Part shown: positions 40,901 to 55,000 of the stretch, one piece after another | How the letters are laid out: every line of letters begins with the position of its first letter | Numbering within the stretch: position 1 is the first letter of the stretch | NCBI RefSeq assembly: GCF_009914755.1 | Contig: NC_060934.1 | Reading direction: 5' to 3' (one strand) | DNA length: 64,000 nt | Origin: the human T2T-CHM13v2.0 reference genome, Homo sapiens | Notes under the pieces: generated by a model | Databases searched by the model: none | Told to the model about the DNA's origin: nothing | The model's input: only the letters and a program-made list of their open reading frames with translations | Translations under genes and position numbers: made by a program

Positions 40901-42671
40901 GACCTCTTTGAGGCCTTCGTTGGAAACGGGATTTCTTCATACAACGCTAGACAGAAGAATTCTCAGTAACTTCTTTGTGTTGTGTGTATTCAACTCACAG
41001 AGTTGAACCTTTCTTTAGAGAGAGCAGAGTTGAAACACTCTGTTTTTGGAATTTGCAAGTTCAGATTTCAAGCGCTTCTAGGCCTATGGCAGAAAAGGAA
41101 ATATCTTCGTATAAAAACTACACAGAATCATTCTCAACAACTACTTTGTGATGTGTGCGTTCAACTCACAGAGTTTAACCTTTCTTTTCATAGAGCAGTT
41201 TGGAAACACTCTGTTTGTAAAGCCTGCAAGTGCTTTTTTGGACTTCATTGAGGCCTTCGTTGGAAACGGGATTTCTTCATATAATGCTAGACAGAAGAAT
41301 TCTCAGTCACTTCTTTGTGTTGTGTGTATTCAAGTCACAGAGTTGAACCTTCCTTTAGACAGAGCAGTTTTGAAAAATTCTTTCTGTGTAATTTGCAAGT
41401 GGAGATTTCAAGCGATTTGAGGCTAATCTTTGAAATGGAAATATCTTCGTGTAAAAACTACACAGAATCATTCTCAGAAACTGCTTTGTCATCTGTGCGT
41501 TCAGTTCACAGAGTTTCACCTTTCTCTTCATAGAGCAGTTTGGAAAGACTCTGTCTGTAAAGTCTGCAAGTGATTAGTTAGACCCCTTTGAGGCCTTCAT
41601 TGGAAGCGGGATTTCTCATTTACTGCTAGACAGAAGAATTCTCAGTAAATCCTTTGTGTTGTGTGTATTCAACTCACAGAGTGGAACCTTCCTTTATTCA
41701 GAGCAGTTTTGAAACACTCTTTTTGTGGAATTTGCAAGTGGAGATTTCAAGCGATTTGACGCCAATCTTAGACATGGAAATATCTTCATATTAAAAGTAC
41801 ACAGAGTCATTCGTAGAAACTAGTTTGTGATATGTGCCTTCAACTCACAGAGTTTAACCTTTCTTTTCATAGAGCAGTTGGGAAACACTCTATTTGTAAA
41901 GTCTGCAAGTGGATATTTGGACCTCTTTGAGGCCTTCGTTGGAAACGGGATTTCTTCATATAACGCTAGACAGAAGAATTCTCAGTAACTTCTTTGTGTT
42001 GTGTGTATTCAACTCACAGAGTTGATCCTTTCTTTAAAGGGAGCAGAGGTGAAACACTCTTTTTGTGGAATTTGCTAGTGTAGATTTCAAACGCTTCGAA
42101 GACAGTGATAGAAAAGGATATATCTTCGTATTAAAAGTAGACAAAATCATTCTCAGAAAACTCTTTGTGATGTGTGTGTTCAACTCACAGAGTTTAACCT
42201 TTCTTTAATCGAGCAGTTTGGAAATACACTCTTTGTAAGTCTGCAGGTGGATATTTGGCCCTCTTTGAGCCCTTCGTTGGAAACGGGATTTCCTCATATA
42301 ATGCTAGACAGAAGAATTCTCAGTAACTTCTTTGTGTTGTTTGTATTCAACACACAGATTTGAACCTTCCTTTAGAGAGAGCAGATTTGAAACACTCTGT
42401 TTTTGGAATTTGCAAGTGCAGATTTCAAGCGCTTCTAGGCCTATGGCAGAAAAGGAAATATCTTCGTATAAAAACTACACAGAATCATTCTCAACAACTA
42501 CTTTGTGATGTGTGCGTTCAACTCACAGAGTTTAACCTTTCTTTTCATAGAGCAGTTTGGAAACACTCTGTTTGTAAAGCCTGCAAGTGCTTTTTTGGAC
42601 TTCATTGAGGCCTTCGTTGGAAACGGGATTTCTTCATATAATGCTAGACAGAAGAATTCTCAGTCACTTCT

Positions 42672-44030
42672 TTGTGTTGTGTGTATTCAAGTCACAGAGT
42701 TGAACCTTCCTTTAGACAGAGCAGTTTTGAAAAATTCTTTCTGTGGAGTTTGCAAGTGGAGATTTCAAGCGATTTGAGGCTAATCTTTGAAATGGAAATA
42801 TCTTCGTGTAAAAACTACACAGAATCATTCTCAGAAACTGCTTTGTCATCTGTGCGTTCAGTTCACAGAGTTTCACCTTTCTCTTCATAGAGCAGTTTGG
42901 AAAGACTCTGTCTGTAAAGTCTGCAAGTGATTAGTTAGACCCCTTTGAGGCCTTCGTTGGAAGCGGGATTTCTCATTTACTGCTAGACAGAAGAATTCTC
43001 AGTAAATCCTTTGTGTTGTGTGTATTCAACTCACAGAGTGGAACCTTCCTTTATTCAGAGCAGTTTTGAAACACTCTTTTTGTGGAATTTGCAAGTGGAG
43101 ATTTCAAGCGATTTGACGCCAATCTTAGACATGGAAATATCTTCATATTAAAAGTACACAGAGTCATTCGTAGAAACTAGTTTGTGATGTGTGCCTTCAA
43201 CTCACAGAGTTTAACCTTTCTTTTCATAGAGCAGTTGGGAAACACTCTATTTGTAAAGTCTGCAAGTGGATATTTGGACCTCTTTGAGGCCTTCGTTGGA
43301 AACGGGATTTCTTCATATAACGCTAGACAGAAGAATTCTCAGTAACTTCTTTGTGTTGTGTGTATTCAACTCACAGAGTTGAACCTTTCTTTAGAGGGAG
43401 CAGAGGTGAAACACTCTTTTTGTGGAATTTGCTAGTGTAGATTTCAAACGCTTCGAAGACAGTGATAGAAAAGGATATATCTTCGTATTAAAAGTAGACA
43501 AAATCATTCTCAGAAAACTCTTTGTGATGTGTGTGTTCAACTCACAGAGTTTAACCTTTCTTTTCATAGAGCAGTTTGGAAACACTCTGTTTGTAAAGCC
43601 TGCAAGTGCTTTTTTGGACTTCATTGAGGCCTTCGTTGGAAACGGGATTTCTTCATACAACGCTAGACAGAAGAATTCTCAGTAACTTCTTTGTGTTGTG
43701 TGTATTCAACTCACAGAGTTGAACCTTTCTTTAGAGAGAGCAGAGTTGAAACACTCTGTTTTTGGAATTTGCAAGTTCAGATTTCAAGCGCTTCTAGGCC
43801 TATGGCAGAAAAGGAAATATCTTCGTATAAAAACTACACAGAATCATTCTCAACAACTACTTTGTGATGTGTGCGTTCAACTCACAGAGTTTAACCTTTC
43901 TTTTCATAGAGCAGTTTGGAAACACTCTGTTTGTAAAGCCTGCAAGTGCTTTTTTGCACTTCATTGAGGCCTTCGTTGGAAACGGGATTTCTTCATATAA
44001 TGCTAGACAGAAGAATTCTCAGTCACTTCT
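42672..44030 (+). repeat. Chimeric 8-mer HOR (1359 bp), copy 4
   Basis: Same hybrid monomer; pseudo-ORF 43422..43685. Confidence 0.9.
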
Positions 44031-45049
44031 TTGTGTTGTGTGTATTCAAGTCACAGAGTTGAACCTTCCTTTAGACAGAGCAGTTTTGAAAAATTCTTTC
44101 TGTGGAGTTTGCAAGTGGAGATTTCAAGCGATTTGAGGCTAATCTTTGAAATGGAAATATCTTCGTGTAAAAACTACACAGAATCATTCTCAGAAACTGC
44201 TTTGTCATCTGTGCGTTCAGTTCACAGAGTTTCACCTTTCTCTTCATAGAGCAGTTTGGAAAGACTCTGTCTGTAAAGTCTGCAAGTGATTAGTTAGACC
44301 CCTTTGAGGCCTTCGTTGGAAGCGGGATTTCTCATTTACTGCTAGACAGAAGAATTCTCAGTAAATCCTTTGTGTTGTGTGTATTCAACTCACAGAGTGG
44401 AACCTTCCTTTATTCAGAGCAGTTTTGAAACACTCTTTTTGTGGAATTTGCAAGTGGAGATTTCAAGCGATTTGACGCCAATCTTAGACATGGAAATATC
44501 TTCATATTAAAAGTACACAGAGTCATCCGTAGAAACTAGTTTGTGATGTGTGCCTTCAACTCACAGAGTTTAACCTTTCTTTTCATAGAGCAGTTTGGAA
44601 ACACTCTATTTGTAAAGTCTGCAAGTGGATATTTGGACCTCTTTGAGGCCTTCGTTGGAAACGGGATTTCTTCATACAACGCTAGACAGAAGAATTCTCA
44701 GTAACTTCTTTGTGTTGTGTGTATTCAACTCACAGAGTTGAACCTTTCTTTAGAGAGAGCAGAGTTGAAACACTCTGTTTTTGGAATTTGCAAGTTCAGA
44801 TTTCAAGCGCTTCTAGGCCTATGGCAGAAAAGGAAATATCTTCGTATAAAAACTACACAGAATCATTCTCAACAACTACTTTGTGATGTGTGCGTTCAAC
44901 TCACAGAGTTTAACCTTTCTTTTCATAGAGCAGTTTGGAAACACTCTGTTTGTAAAGCCTGCAAGTGCTTTTTTGGACTTCATTGAGGCCTTCGTTGGAA
45001 ACGGGATTTCTTCATATAATGCTAGACAGAAGAATTCTCAGTCACTTCT

Positions 45050-46068
45050 TTGTGTTGTGTGTATTCAAGTCACAGAGTTGAACCTTCCTTTAGACAGAGC
45101 AGTTTTGAAAAATTCTTTCTGTGTAATTTGCAAGTGGAGATTTCAAGCGATTTGAGGCTAATCTTTGAAATGGAAATATCTTCGTGTAAAAACTACACAG
45201 AATCATTCTCAGAAACTGCTTTGTCATCTGTGCGTTCAGTTCACAGAGTTTCACCTTTCTCTTCATAGAGCAGTTTGGAAAGACTCTGTCTGTAAAGTCT
45301 GCAAGTGATTATTTAGACCCCTTTGAGGCCTTCGTTGGAAGCGGGATTTCTCATTTACTGCTAGACAGAAGAATTCTCAGTAAATCCTTTGTGTTGTGTG
45401 TATTCAACTCACAGAGTGGAACCTTCCTTTATTCAGAGCAGTTTTGAAACACTCTTTTTGTGGAATTTGCAAGTGGAGATTTCAAGCGATTTGACGCCAA
45501 TCTTAGACATGGAAATATCTTCATATTAAAAGTACACAGAGTCATTCGTAGAAACTAGTTTGTGATGTGTGCCTTCAACTCACAGAGTTTAACCTTTCTT
45601 TTCATAGAGCAGTTGGGAAACACTCTATTTGTAAAGTCTGCAAGTGGATATTTGGACCTCTTTGAGGCCTTCGTTGGAAACGGGATTTCTTCATATAACG
45701 CTAGACAGAAGAATTCTCAGTAACTTCTTTGTGTTGTGTGTATTCAACTCACAGAGTTGAACCTTTCTTTAGAGGGAGCAGAGGTGAAACACTCTTTTTG
45801 TGGAATTTGCTAGTGTAGATTTCAAACGCTTCGAAGACAGTGATAGAAAAGGATATATCTTCGTATTAAAAGTAGACAAAATCATTCTCAGAAAACTCTT
45901 TGTGATGTGTGTGTTCAACTCACAGAGTTTAACCTTTCTTTTCATAGAGCAGTTTGGAAACACTCTGTTTGTAAAGCCTGCAAGTGCTTTTTTGGACTTC
46001 ATTGAGGCCTTCGTTGGAAACGGGATTTCTTCATATAATGCTAGACAGAAGAATTCTCAGTAACTTCT
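45050..46068 (+). repeat. Atypical 6-mer HOR (B-C-D1-D2/A2 hybrid, 1019 bp), single copy
   Basis: Contains D1 (gctagtgtag) and the D2/A2 hybrid, then goes directly into dimer B (tattcaagtcacag) with no A1 monomer (no ctaggcctatggc). Confidence 0.88.
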
Positions 46069-49000
46069 TTGTGTTGTGTGTATTCAAGTCACAGAGTTGA
46101 ACCTTCCTTTAGACAGAGCAGTTTTGAAAAATTCTTTCTGTGTAATTTGCAAGTGGAGATTTCAAGCGATTTGAGGCTAATCTTTGAAATGGAAATATCT
46201 TCGTGTAAAAACTACACAGAATCATTCTCAGAAACTGCTTTGTCATCTGTGCGTTCAGTTCACAGAGTTTCACCTTTCTCTTCATAGAGCAGTTTGGAAA
46301 GACTCTGTCTGTAAAGTCTGCAAGTGATTAGTTAGACCCCTTTGAGGCCTTCATTGGAAGCGGGATTTCTCATTTATTGCTAGACAGAAGAATTCTCAGT
46401 AAATCCTTTGTGTTGTGTGTATTCAACTCACAGAGTGGAACCTTCCTTTATTCAGAGCAGTTTTGAAACACTCTTTTTGTGGAATTTGCAAGTGGAGATT
46501 TCAAGCGATTTGACGCCAATCTTAGACATGGAAATATCTTCATATTAAAAGTACACAGAGTCATTCGTAGAAACTAGTTTGTGATATGTGCCTTCAACTC
46601 ACAGAGTTTAACCTTTCTTTTCATAGAGCAGTTGGGAAACACTCTATTTGTAAAGTCTGCAAGTGGATATTTGGACCTCTTTGAGGCCTTCGTTGGAAAC
46701 GGGATTTCTTCATATAACGCTAGACAGAAGAATTCTCAGTAACTTCTTTGTGTTGTGTGTATTCAACTCACAGAGTTGAACCTTTCTTTAAAGGGAGCAG
46801 AGGTGAAACACTCTTTTTGTGGAATTTGCTAGTGTAGATTTCAAACGCTTCGAAGACAGTGATAGAAAAGGATATATCTTCGTATTAAAAGTAGACAAAA
46901 TCATTCTCAGAAAACTCTTTGTGATGTGTGTGTTCAACTCACAGAGTTTAACCTTTCTTTAATCGAGCAGTTTGGAAATACACTCTTTGTAAGTCTGCAG
47001 GTGGATATTTGGCCCTCTTTGAGCCCTTCGTTGGAAACGGGATTTCCTCATATAATGCTAGACAGAAGAATTCTCAGTAACTTCTTTGTGTTGTTTGTAT
47101 TCAACACACAGATTTGAACCTTCCTTTAGAGAGAGCAGATTTGAAACACTCTGTTTTTGGAATTTGCAAGTGCAGATTTCAAGCGCTTCTAGGCCTATGG
47201 CAGAAAAGGAAATATCTTCGTATAAAAACTACACAGAATCATTCTCAACAACTACTTTGTGATGTGTGCGTTCAACTCACAGAGTTTAACCTTTCTTTTC
47301 ATAGAGCAGTTTGGAAACACTCTGTTTGTAAAGCCTGCAAGTGCTTTTTTGGACTTCATTGAGGCCTTCGTTGGAAACGGGATTTCTTCATATAATGCTA
47401 GACAGAAGAATTCTCAGTCACTTCTTTGTGTTGTGTGTATTCAAGTCACAGAGTTGAACCTTCCTTTAGACAGAGCAGTTTTGAAAAATTCTTTCTGTGG
47501 AGTTTGCAAGTGGAGATTTCAAGCGATTTGAGGCTAATCTTTGAAATGGAAATATCTTCGTGTAAAAACTACACAGAATCATTCTCAGAAACTGCTTTGT
47601 CATCTGTGCGTTCAGTTCACAGAGTTTCACCTTTCTCTTCATAGAGCAGTTTGGAAAGACTCTGTCTGTAAAGTCTGCAAGTGATTAGTTAGACCCCTTT
47701 GAGGCCTTCGTTGGAAGCGGGATTTCTCATTTACTGCTAGACAGAAGAATTCTCAGTAAATCCTTTGTGTTGTGTGTATTCAACTCACAGAGTGGAACCT
47801 TCCTTTATTCAGAGCAGTTTTGAAAAACACTTTTTGTGGAATTTGCAAGTGGAGATTTCAAGCGATTTGACGCCAATCTTAGACATGGAAATATCTTCAT
47901 ATTAAAAGTACACAGAGTCATTCGTAGAAACTAGTTTGTGATGTGTGCCTTCAACTCACAGAGTTTAACCTTTCTTTTCATAGAGCAGTTTGGAAACACT
48001 CTATTTGTAAAGTCTGCAAGTGGATATTTGGACCTCTTTGAGGCCTTCGTTGGAAACGGGATTTCTTCATACAACGCTAGACAGAAGAATTCTCAGTAAC
48101 TTCTTTGTGTTGTGTGTATTCAACTCACAGAGTTGAACCTTTCTTTAGAGAGAGCAGAGTTGAAACACTCTGTTTTTGGAATTTGCAACTGCAGATTTCA
48201 AGCGATTCTAGGCCTATGGCAGAAAAGGAAATATCTTCGTATAAAAACTACACAGAATCATTCTCAACAACTACTTTGTGATGTGTGCGTTCAACTCACA
48301 GAGTTTAACCTTTCTTTTCATAGAGCAGTTTGGAAACACTCTGTTTGTAAAGCCTGCAAGTGCTTTTTTGGACTTCATTGAGGCCTTCGTTGGAAACGGG
48401 ATTTCTTCATATAATGCTAGACAGAAGAATTCTCAGTCACTTCTTTGTGTTGTGTGTATTCAAGTCACAGAGTTGAACCTTCCTTTAGACAGAGCAGTTT
48501 TGAAAAATTCTTTCTGTGTAATTTGCAAGTGGAGATTTCAAGCGATTTGAGGCTAATCTTTGAAATGGAAATATCTTCGTGTAAAAACTACACAGAATCA
48601 TTCTCAGAAACTGCTTTGTCATCTGTGCGTTCAGTTCACAGAGTTTCACCTTTCTCTTCATAGAGCAGTTTGGAAAGACTCTGTCTGTAAAGTCTGCAAG
48701 TGATTAGTTAGACCCCTTTGAGGCCTTCGTTGGAAGCGGGATTTCTCATTTACTGCTAGACAGAAGAATTCTCAGTAAATCCTTTGTGTTGTGTGTATTC
48801 AACTCACAGAGTGGAACCTTCCTTTATTCAGAGCAGTTTTGAAACACTCTTTTTGTGGAATTTGCAAGTGGAGATTTCAAGCGATTTGACGCCAATCTTA
48901 GACATGGAAATATCTTCATATTAAAAGTACACAGAGTCATTCGTAGAAACTAGTTTGTGATGTGTGCCTTCAACTCACAGAGTTTAACCTTTCTTTTCAT

Positions 49001-52000
49001 AGAGCAGTTGGGAAACACTCTATTTGTAAAGTCTGCAAGTGGATATTTGGACCTCTTTGAGGCCTTCGTTGGAAACGGGATTTCTTCATATAACGCTAGA
49101 CAGAAGAATTCTCAGTAACTTCTTTGTGTTGTGTGTATTCAACTCACAGAGTTGAACCTTTCTTTAGAGGGAGCAGAGGTGAAACACTCTTTTTGTGGAA
49201 TTTGCTAGTGTAGATTTCAAACGCTTCGAAGACAGTGATAGAAAAGGATATATCTTCGTATTAAAAGTAGACAAAATCATTCTCAGAAAACTCTTTGTGA
49301 TGTGTGTGTTCAACTCACAGAGTTTAACCTTTCTTTAATCGAGCAGTTTGGAAATACACTCTTTGTAAGTCTGCAGGTGGATATTTGGCCCTCTTTGAGC
49401 CCTTCGTTGGAAACGGGATTTCCTCATATAATGCTAGACAGAAGAATTCTCAGTAACTTCTTTGTGTTGTTTGTATTCAACACACAGATTTGAACCTTCC
49501 TTTAGAGAGAGCAGATTTGAAACACTCTGTTTTTGGAATTTGCAAGTGCAGATTTCAAGCGCTTCTAGGCCTATGGCAGAAAAGGAAATATCTTCGTATA
49601 AAAACTACACAGAATCATTCTCAACAACTACTTTGTGATGTGTGCGTTCAACTCACAGAGTTTAACCTTTCTTTTCATAGAGCAGTTTGGAAACACTCTG
49701 TTTGTAAAGCCTGCAAGTGCTTTTTTGGACTTCATTGAGGCCTTCGTTGGAAACGGGATTTCTTCATATAATGCTAGACAGAAGAATTCTCAGTCACTTC
49801 TTTGTGTTGTGTGTATTCAAGTCACAGAGTTGAACCTTCCTTTAGACAGAGCAGTTTTGAAAAATTCTTTCTGTGGAGTTTGCAAGTGGAGATTTCAAGC
49901 GATTTGAGGCTAATCTTTGAAATGGAAATATCTTCGTGTAAAAACTACACAGAATCATTCTCAGAAACTGCTTTGTCATCTGTGCGTTCAGTTCACAGAG
50001 TTTCACCTTTCTCTTCATAGAGCAGTTTGGAAAGACTCTGTCTGTAAAGTCTGCAAGTGATTAGTTAGACCCCTTTGAGGCCTTCGTTGGAAGCGGGATT
50101 TCTCATTTACTGCTAGACAGAAGAATTCTCAGTAAATCCTTTGTGTTGTGTGTATTCAACTCACAGAGTGGAACCTTCCTTTATTCAGAGCAGTTTTGAA
50201 AAACACTTTTTGTGGAATTTGCAAGTGGAGATTTCAAGCGATTTGACGCCAATCTTAGACATGGAAATATCTTCATATTAAAAGTACACAGAGTCATTCG
50301 TAGAAACTAGTTTGTGATGTGTGCCTTCAACTCACAGAGTTTAACCTTTCTTTTCATACAGCAGTTTGGAAACACTCTATTTGTAAAGTCTGCAAGTGGA
50401 TATTTGGACCTCTTTGAGGCCTTCGTTGGAAACGGGATTTCTTCATACAACGCTAGACAGAAGAATTCTCAGTAACTTCTTTGTGTTGTGTGTATTCAAC
50501 TCACAGAGTTGAACCTTTCTTTAGAGAGAGCAGAGTTGAAACACTCTGTTTTTGGAATTTGCAACTGCAGATTTCAAGCGATTCTAGGCCTATGGCAGAA
50601 AAGGAAATATCTTCGTATAAAAACTACACAGAATCATTCTCAACAACTACTTTGTGATGTGTGCGTTCAACTCACAGAGTTTAACCTTTCTTTTCATAGA
50701 GCAGTTTGGAAACACTCTGTTTGTAAAGCCTGCAAGTGCTTTTTTGGACTTCATTGAGGCCTTCGTTGGTAACGGGATTTCTTCATATAATGCTAGACAG
50801 AAGAATTCTCAGTCACTTCTTTGTGTTGTGTGTATTCAAGTCACAGAGTTGAACCTTCCTTTAGACAGAGCAGTTTTGAAAAATTCTTTCTGTGTAATTT
50901 GCAAGTGGAGATTTCAAGCGATTTGAGGCTAATCTTTGAAATGGAAATATCTTCGTGTAAAAACTACACAGAATCATTCTCAGAAACTGCTTTGTCATCT
51001 GTGCGTTCAGTTCACAGAGTTTCACCTTTCTCTTCATAGAGCAGTTTGGAAAGACTCTGTCTGTAAAGTCTGCAAGTGATTAGTTAGACCCCTTTGAGGC
51101 CTTCGTTGGAAGCGGGATTTCTCATTTACTGCTAGACAGAAGAATTCTCAGTAAATCCTTTGTGTTGTGTGTATTCAACTCACAGAGTGGAACCTTCCTT
51201 TATTCAGAGCAGTTTTGAAACACTCTTTTTGTGGAATTTGCAAGTGGAGATTTCAAGCGATTTGACGCCAATCTTAGACATGGAAATATCTTCATATTAA
51301 AAGTACACAGAGTCATTCGTAGAAACTAGTTTGTGATGTGTGCCTTCAACTCACAGAGTTTAACCTTTCTTTTCATAGAGCAGTTGGGAAACACTCTATT
51401 TGTAAAGTCTGCAAGTGGATATTTGGACCTCTTTGAGGCCTTCGTTGGAAACGGGATTTCTTCATATAACGCTAGACAGAAGAATTCTCAGTAACTTCTT
51501 TGTGTTGTGTGTATTCAACTCACAGAGTTGAACCTTTCTTTAGAGGGAGCAGAGGTGAAACACTCTTTTTGTGGAATTTGCTAGTGTAGATTTCAAACGC
51601 TTCGAAGACAGTGATAGAAAAGGATATATCTTCGTATTAAAAGTAGACAAAATCATTCTCAGAAAACTCTTTGTGATGTGTGTGTTCAACTCACAGAGTT
51701 TAACCTTTCTTTAATCGAGCAGTTTGGAAATACACTCTTTGTAAGTCTGCAGGTGGATATTTGGCCCTCTTTGAGCCCTTCGTTGGAAACGGGATTTCCT
51801 CATATAATGCTAGACAGAAGAATTCTCAGTAACTTCTTTGTGTTGTTTGTATTCAACACACAGATTTGAACCTTCCTTTAGAGAGAGCAGATTTGAAACA
51901 CTCTGTTTTTGGAATTTGCAAGTGCAGATTTCAAGCGCTTCTAGGCCTATGGCAGAAAAGGAAATATCTTCGTATAAAAACTACACAGAATCATTCTCAA

Positions 52001-55000
52001 CAACTACTTTGTGATGTGTGCGTTCAACTCACAGAGTTTAACCTTTCTTTTCATAGAGCAGTTTGGAAACACTCTGTTTGTAAAGCCTGCAAGTGCTTTT
52101 TTGGACTTCATTGAGGCCTTCGTTGGAAACGGGATTTCTTCATATAATGCTAGACAGAAGAATTCTCAGTCACTTCTTTGTGTTGTGTGTATTCAAGTCA
52201 CAGAGTTGAACCTTCCTTTAGACAGAGCAGTTTTGAAAAATTCTTTCTGTGGAGTTTGCAAGTGGAGATTTCAAGCGATTTGAGGCTAATCTTTGAAATG
52301 GAAATATCTTCGTGTAAAAACTACACAGAATCATTCTCAGAAACTGCTTTGTCATCTGTGCGTTCAGTTCACAGAGTTTCACCTTTCTCTTCATAGAGCA
52401 GTTTGGAAAGACTCTGTCTGTAAAGTCTGCAAGTGATTAGTTAGACCCCTTTGAGGCCTTCGTTGGAAGCGGGATTTCTCATTTACTGCTAGACAGAAGA
52501 ATTCTCAGTAAATCCTTTGTGTTGTGTGTATTCAACTCACAGAGTGGAACCTTCCTTTATTCAGAGCAGTTTTGAAAAACACTTTTTGTGGAATTTGCAA
52601 GTGGAGATTTCAAGCGATTTGACGCCAATCTTAGACATGGAAATATCTTCATATTAAAAGTACACAGAGTCATTCGTAGAAACTAGTTTGTGATGTGTGC
52701 CTTCAACTCACAGAGTTTAACCTTTCTTTTCATAGAGCAGTTGGGAAACACTCTATTTGTAAAGTCTGCAAGTGGATATTTGGACCTCTTTGAGGCCTTC
52801 GTTGGAAACGGGATTTCTTCATACAACGCTAGACAGAAGAATTCTCAGTAACTTCTTTGTGTTGTGTGTATTCAACTCACAGAGTTGAACCTTTCTTTAG
52901 AGAGAGCAGAGTTGAAACACTCTGTTTTTGGAATTTGCAACTGCAGATTTCAAGCCATTCTAGGCCTATGGCAGAAAAGGAAATATCTTCGTATAAAAAC
53001 TACACAGAATCATTCTCAACAACTACTTTGTGATGTGTGCGTTCAACTCACAGAGTTTAACCTTTCTTTTCATAGAGCAGTTTGGAAACACTCTGTTTGT
53101 AAAGCCTGCAAGTGCTTTTTTGGACTTCATTGAGGCCTTCGTTGGAAACGGGATTTCTTCATATAATGCTAGACAGAAGAATTCTCAGTCACTTCTTTGT
53201 GTTGTGTGTATTCAAGTCACAGAGTTGAACCTTCCTTTAGACAGAGCAGTTTTGAAAAATTCTTTCTGTGGAATTTGCAAGTGGAGATTTCAAGCGATTT
53301 GAGGCTAATCTTTGAAATGGAAATATCTTCGTGTAAAAACTACACAGAATCATTCTCAGAAACTGCTTTGTCATCTGTGCGTTCAGTTCACAGAGTTTCA
53401 CCTTTCTCTTCATAGAGCAGTTTGGAAAGACTCTGTCTGTAAAGTCTGCAAGTGATTAGTTAGACCCCTTTGAGGCCTTCGTTGGAAGCGGGATTTCTCA
53501 TTTACTGCTAGACAGAAGAATTCTCAGTAAATCCTTTGTGTTGTGTGTATTCAACTCACAGAGTGGAACCTTCCTTTATTCAGAGCAGTTTTGAAACACT
53601 CTTTTTGTGGAATTTGCAAGTGGAGATTTCAAGCGATTTGACGCCAATCTTAGACATGGAAATATCTTCATATTAAAAGTACACAGAGTCATTCGTAGAA
53701 ACTAGTTTGTGATGTGTGCCTTCAACTCACAGAGTTTAACCTTTCTTTTCATAGAGCAGTTGGGAAACACTCTATTTGTAAAGTCTGCAAGTGGATATTT
53801 GGACCTCTTTGAGGCCTTCGTTGGAAACGGGATTTCTTCATATAACGCTAGACAGAAGAATTCTCAGTAACTTCTTTGTGTTGTGTGTATTCAACTCACA
53901 GAGTTGAACCTTTCTTTAGAGGGAGCAGAGGTGAAACACTCTTTTTGTGGAATTTGCTAGTGTAGATTTCAAACGCTTCGAAGACAGTGATAGAAAAGGA
54001 TATATCTTCGTATTAAAAGTAGACAAAATCATTCTCAGAAAACTCTTTGTGATGTGTGTGTTCAACTCACAGAGTTTAACCTTTCTTTAATCGAGCAGTT
54101 TGGAAATACACTCTTTGTAAGTCTGCAGGTGGATATTTGGCCCTCTTTGAGCCCTTCGTTGGAAACGGGATTTCCTCATATAATGCTAGACAGAAGAATT
54201 CTCAGTAACTTCTTTGTGTTGTTTGTATTCAACACACAGATTTGAACCTTCCTTTAGAGAGAGCAGATTTGAAACACTCTGTTTTTGGAATTTGCAAGTG
54301 CAGATTTCAAGCGCTTCTAGGCCTATGGCAGAAAAGGAAATATCTTCGTATAAAAACTACACAGAATCATTCTCAACAACTACTTTGTGATGTGTGCGTT
54401 CAACTCACAGAGTTTAACCTTTCTTTTCATAGAGCAGTTTGGAAACACTCTGTTTGTAAAGCCTGCAAGTGCTTTTTTGGACTTCATTGAGGCCTTCGTT
54501 GGAAACGGGATTTCTTCATATAATGCTAGACAGAAGAATTCTCAGTCACTTCTTTGTGTTGTGTGTATTCAAGTCACAGAGTTGAACCTTCCTTTAGACA
54601 GAGCAGTTTTGAAAAATTCTTTCTGTGGAGTTTGCAAGTGGAGATTTCAAGCGATTTGAGGCTAATCTTTGAAATGGAAATATCTTCGTGTAAAAACTAC
54701 ACAGAATCATTCTCAGAAACTGCTTTGTCATCTGTGCGTTCAGTTCACAGAGTTTCACCTTTCTCTTCATAGAGCAGTTTGGAAAGACTCTGTCTGTAAA
54801 GTCTGCAAGTGATTAGTTAGACCCCTTTGAGGCCTTCGTTGGAAGCGGGATTTCTCATTTACTGCTAGACAGAAGAATTCTCAGTAAATCCTTTGTGTTG
54901 TGTGTATTCAACTCACAGAGTGGAACCTTCCTTTATTCAGAGCAGTTTTGAAAAACACTTTTTGTGGAATTTGCAAGTGGAGATTTCAAGCGATTTGACG

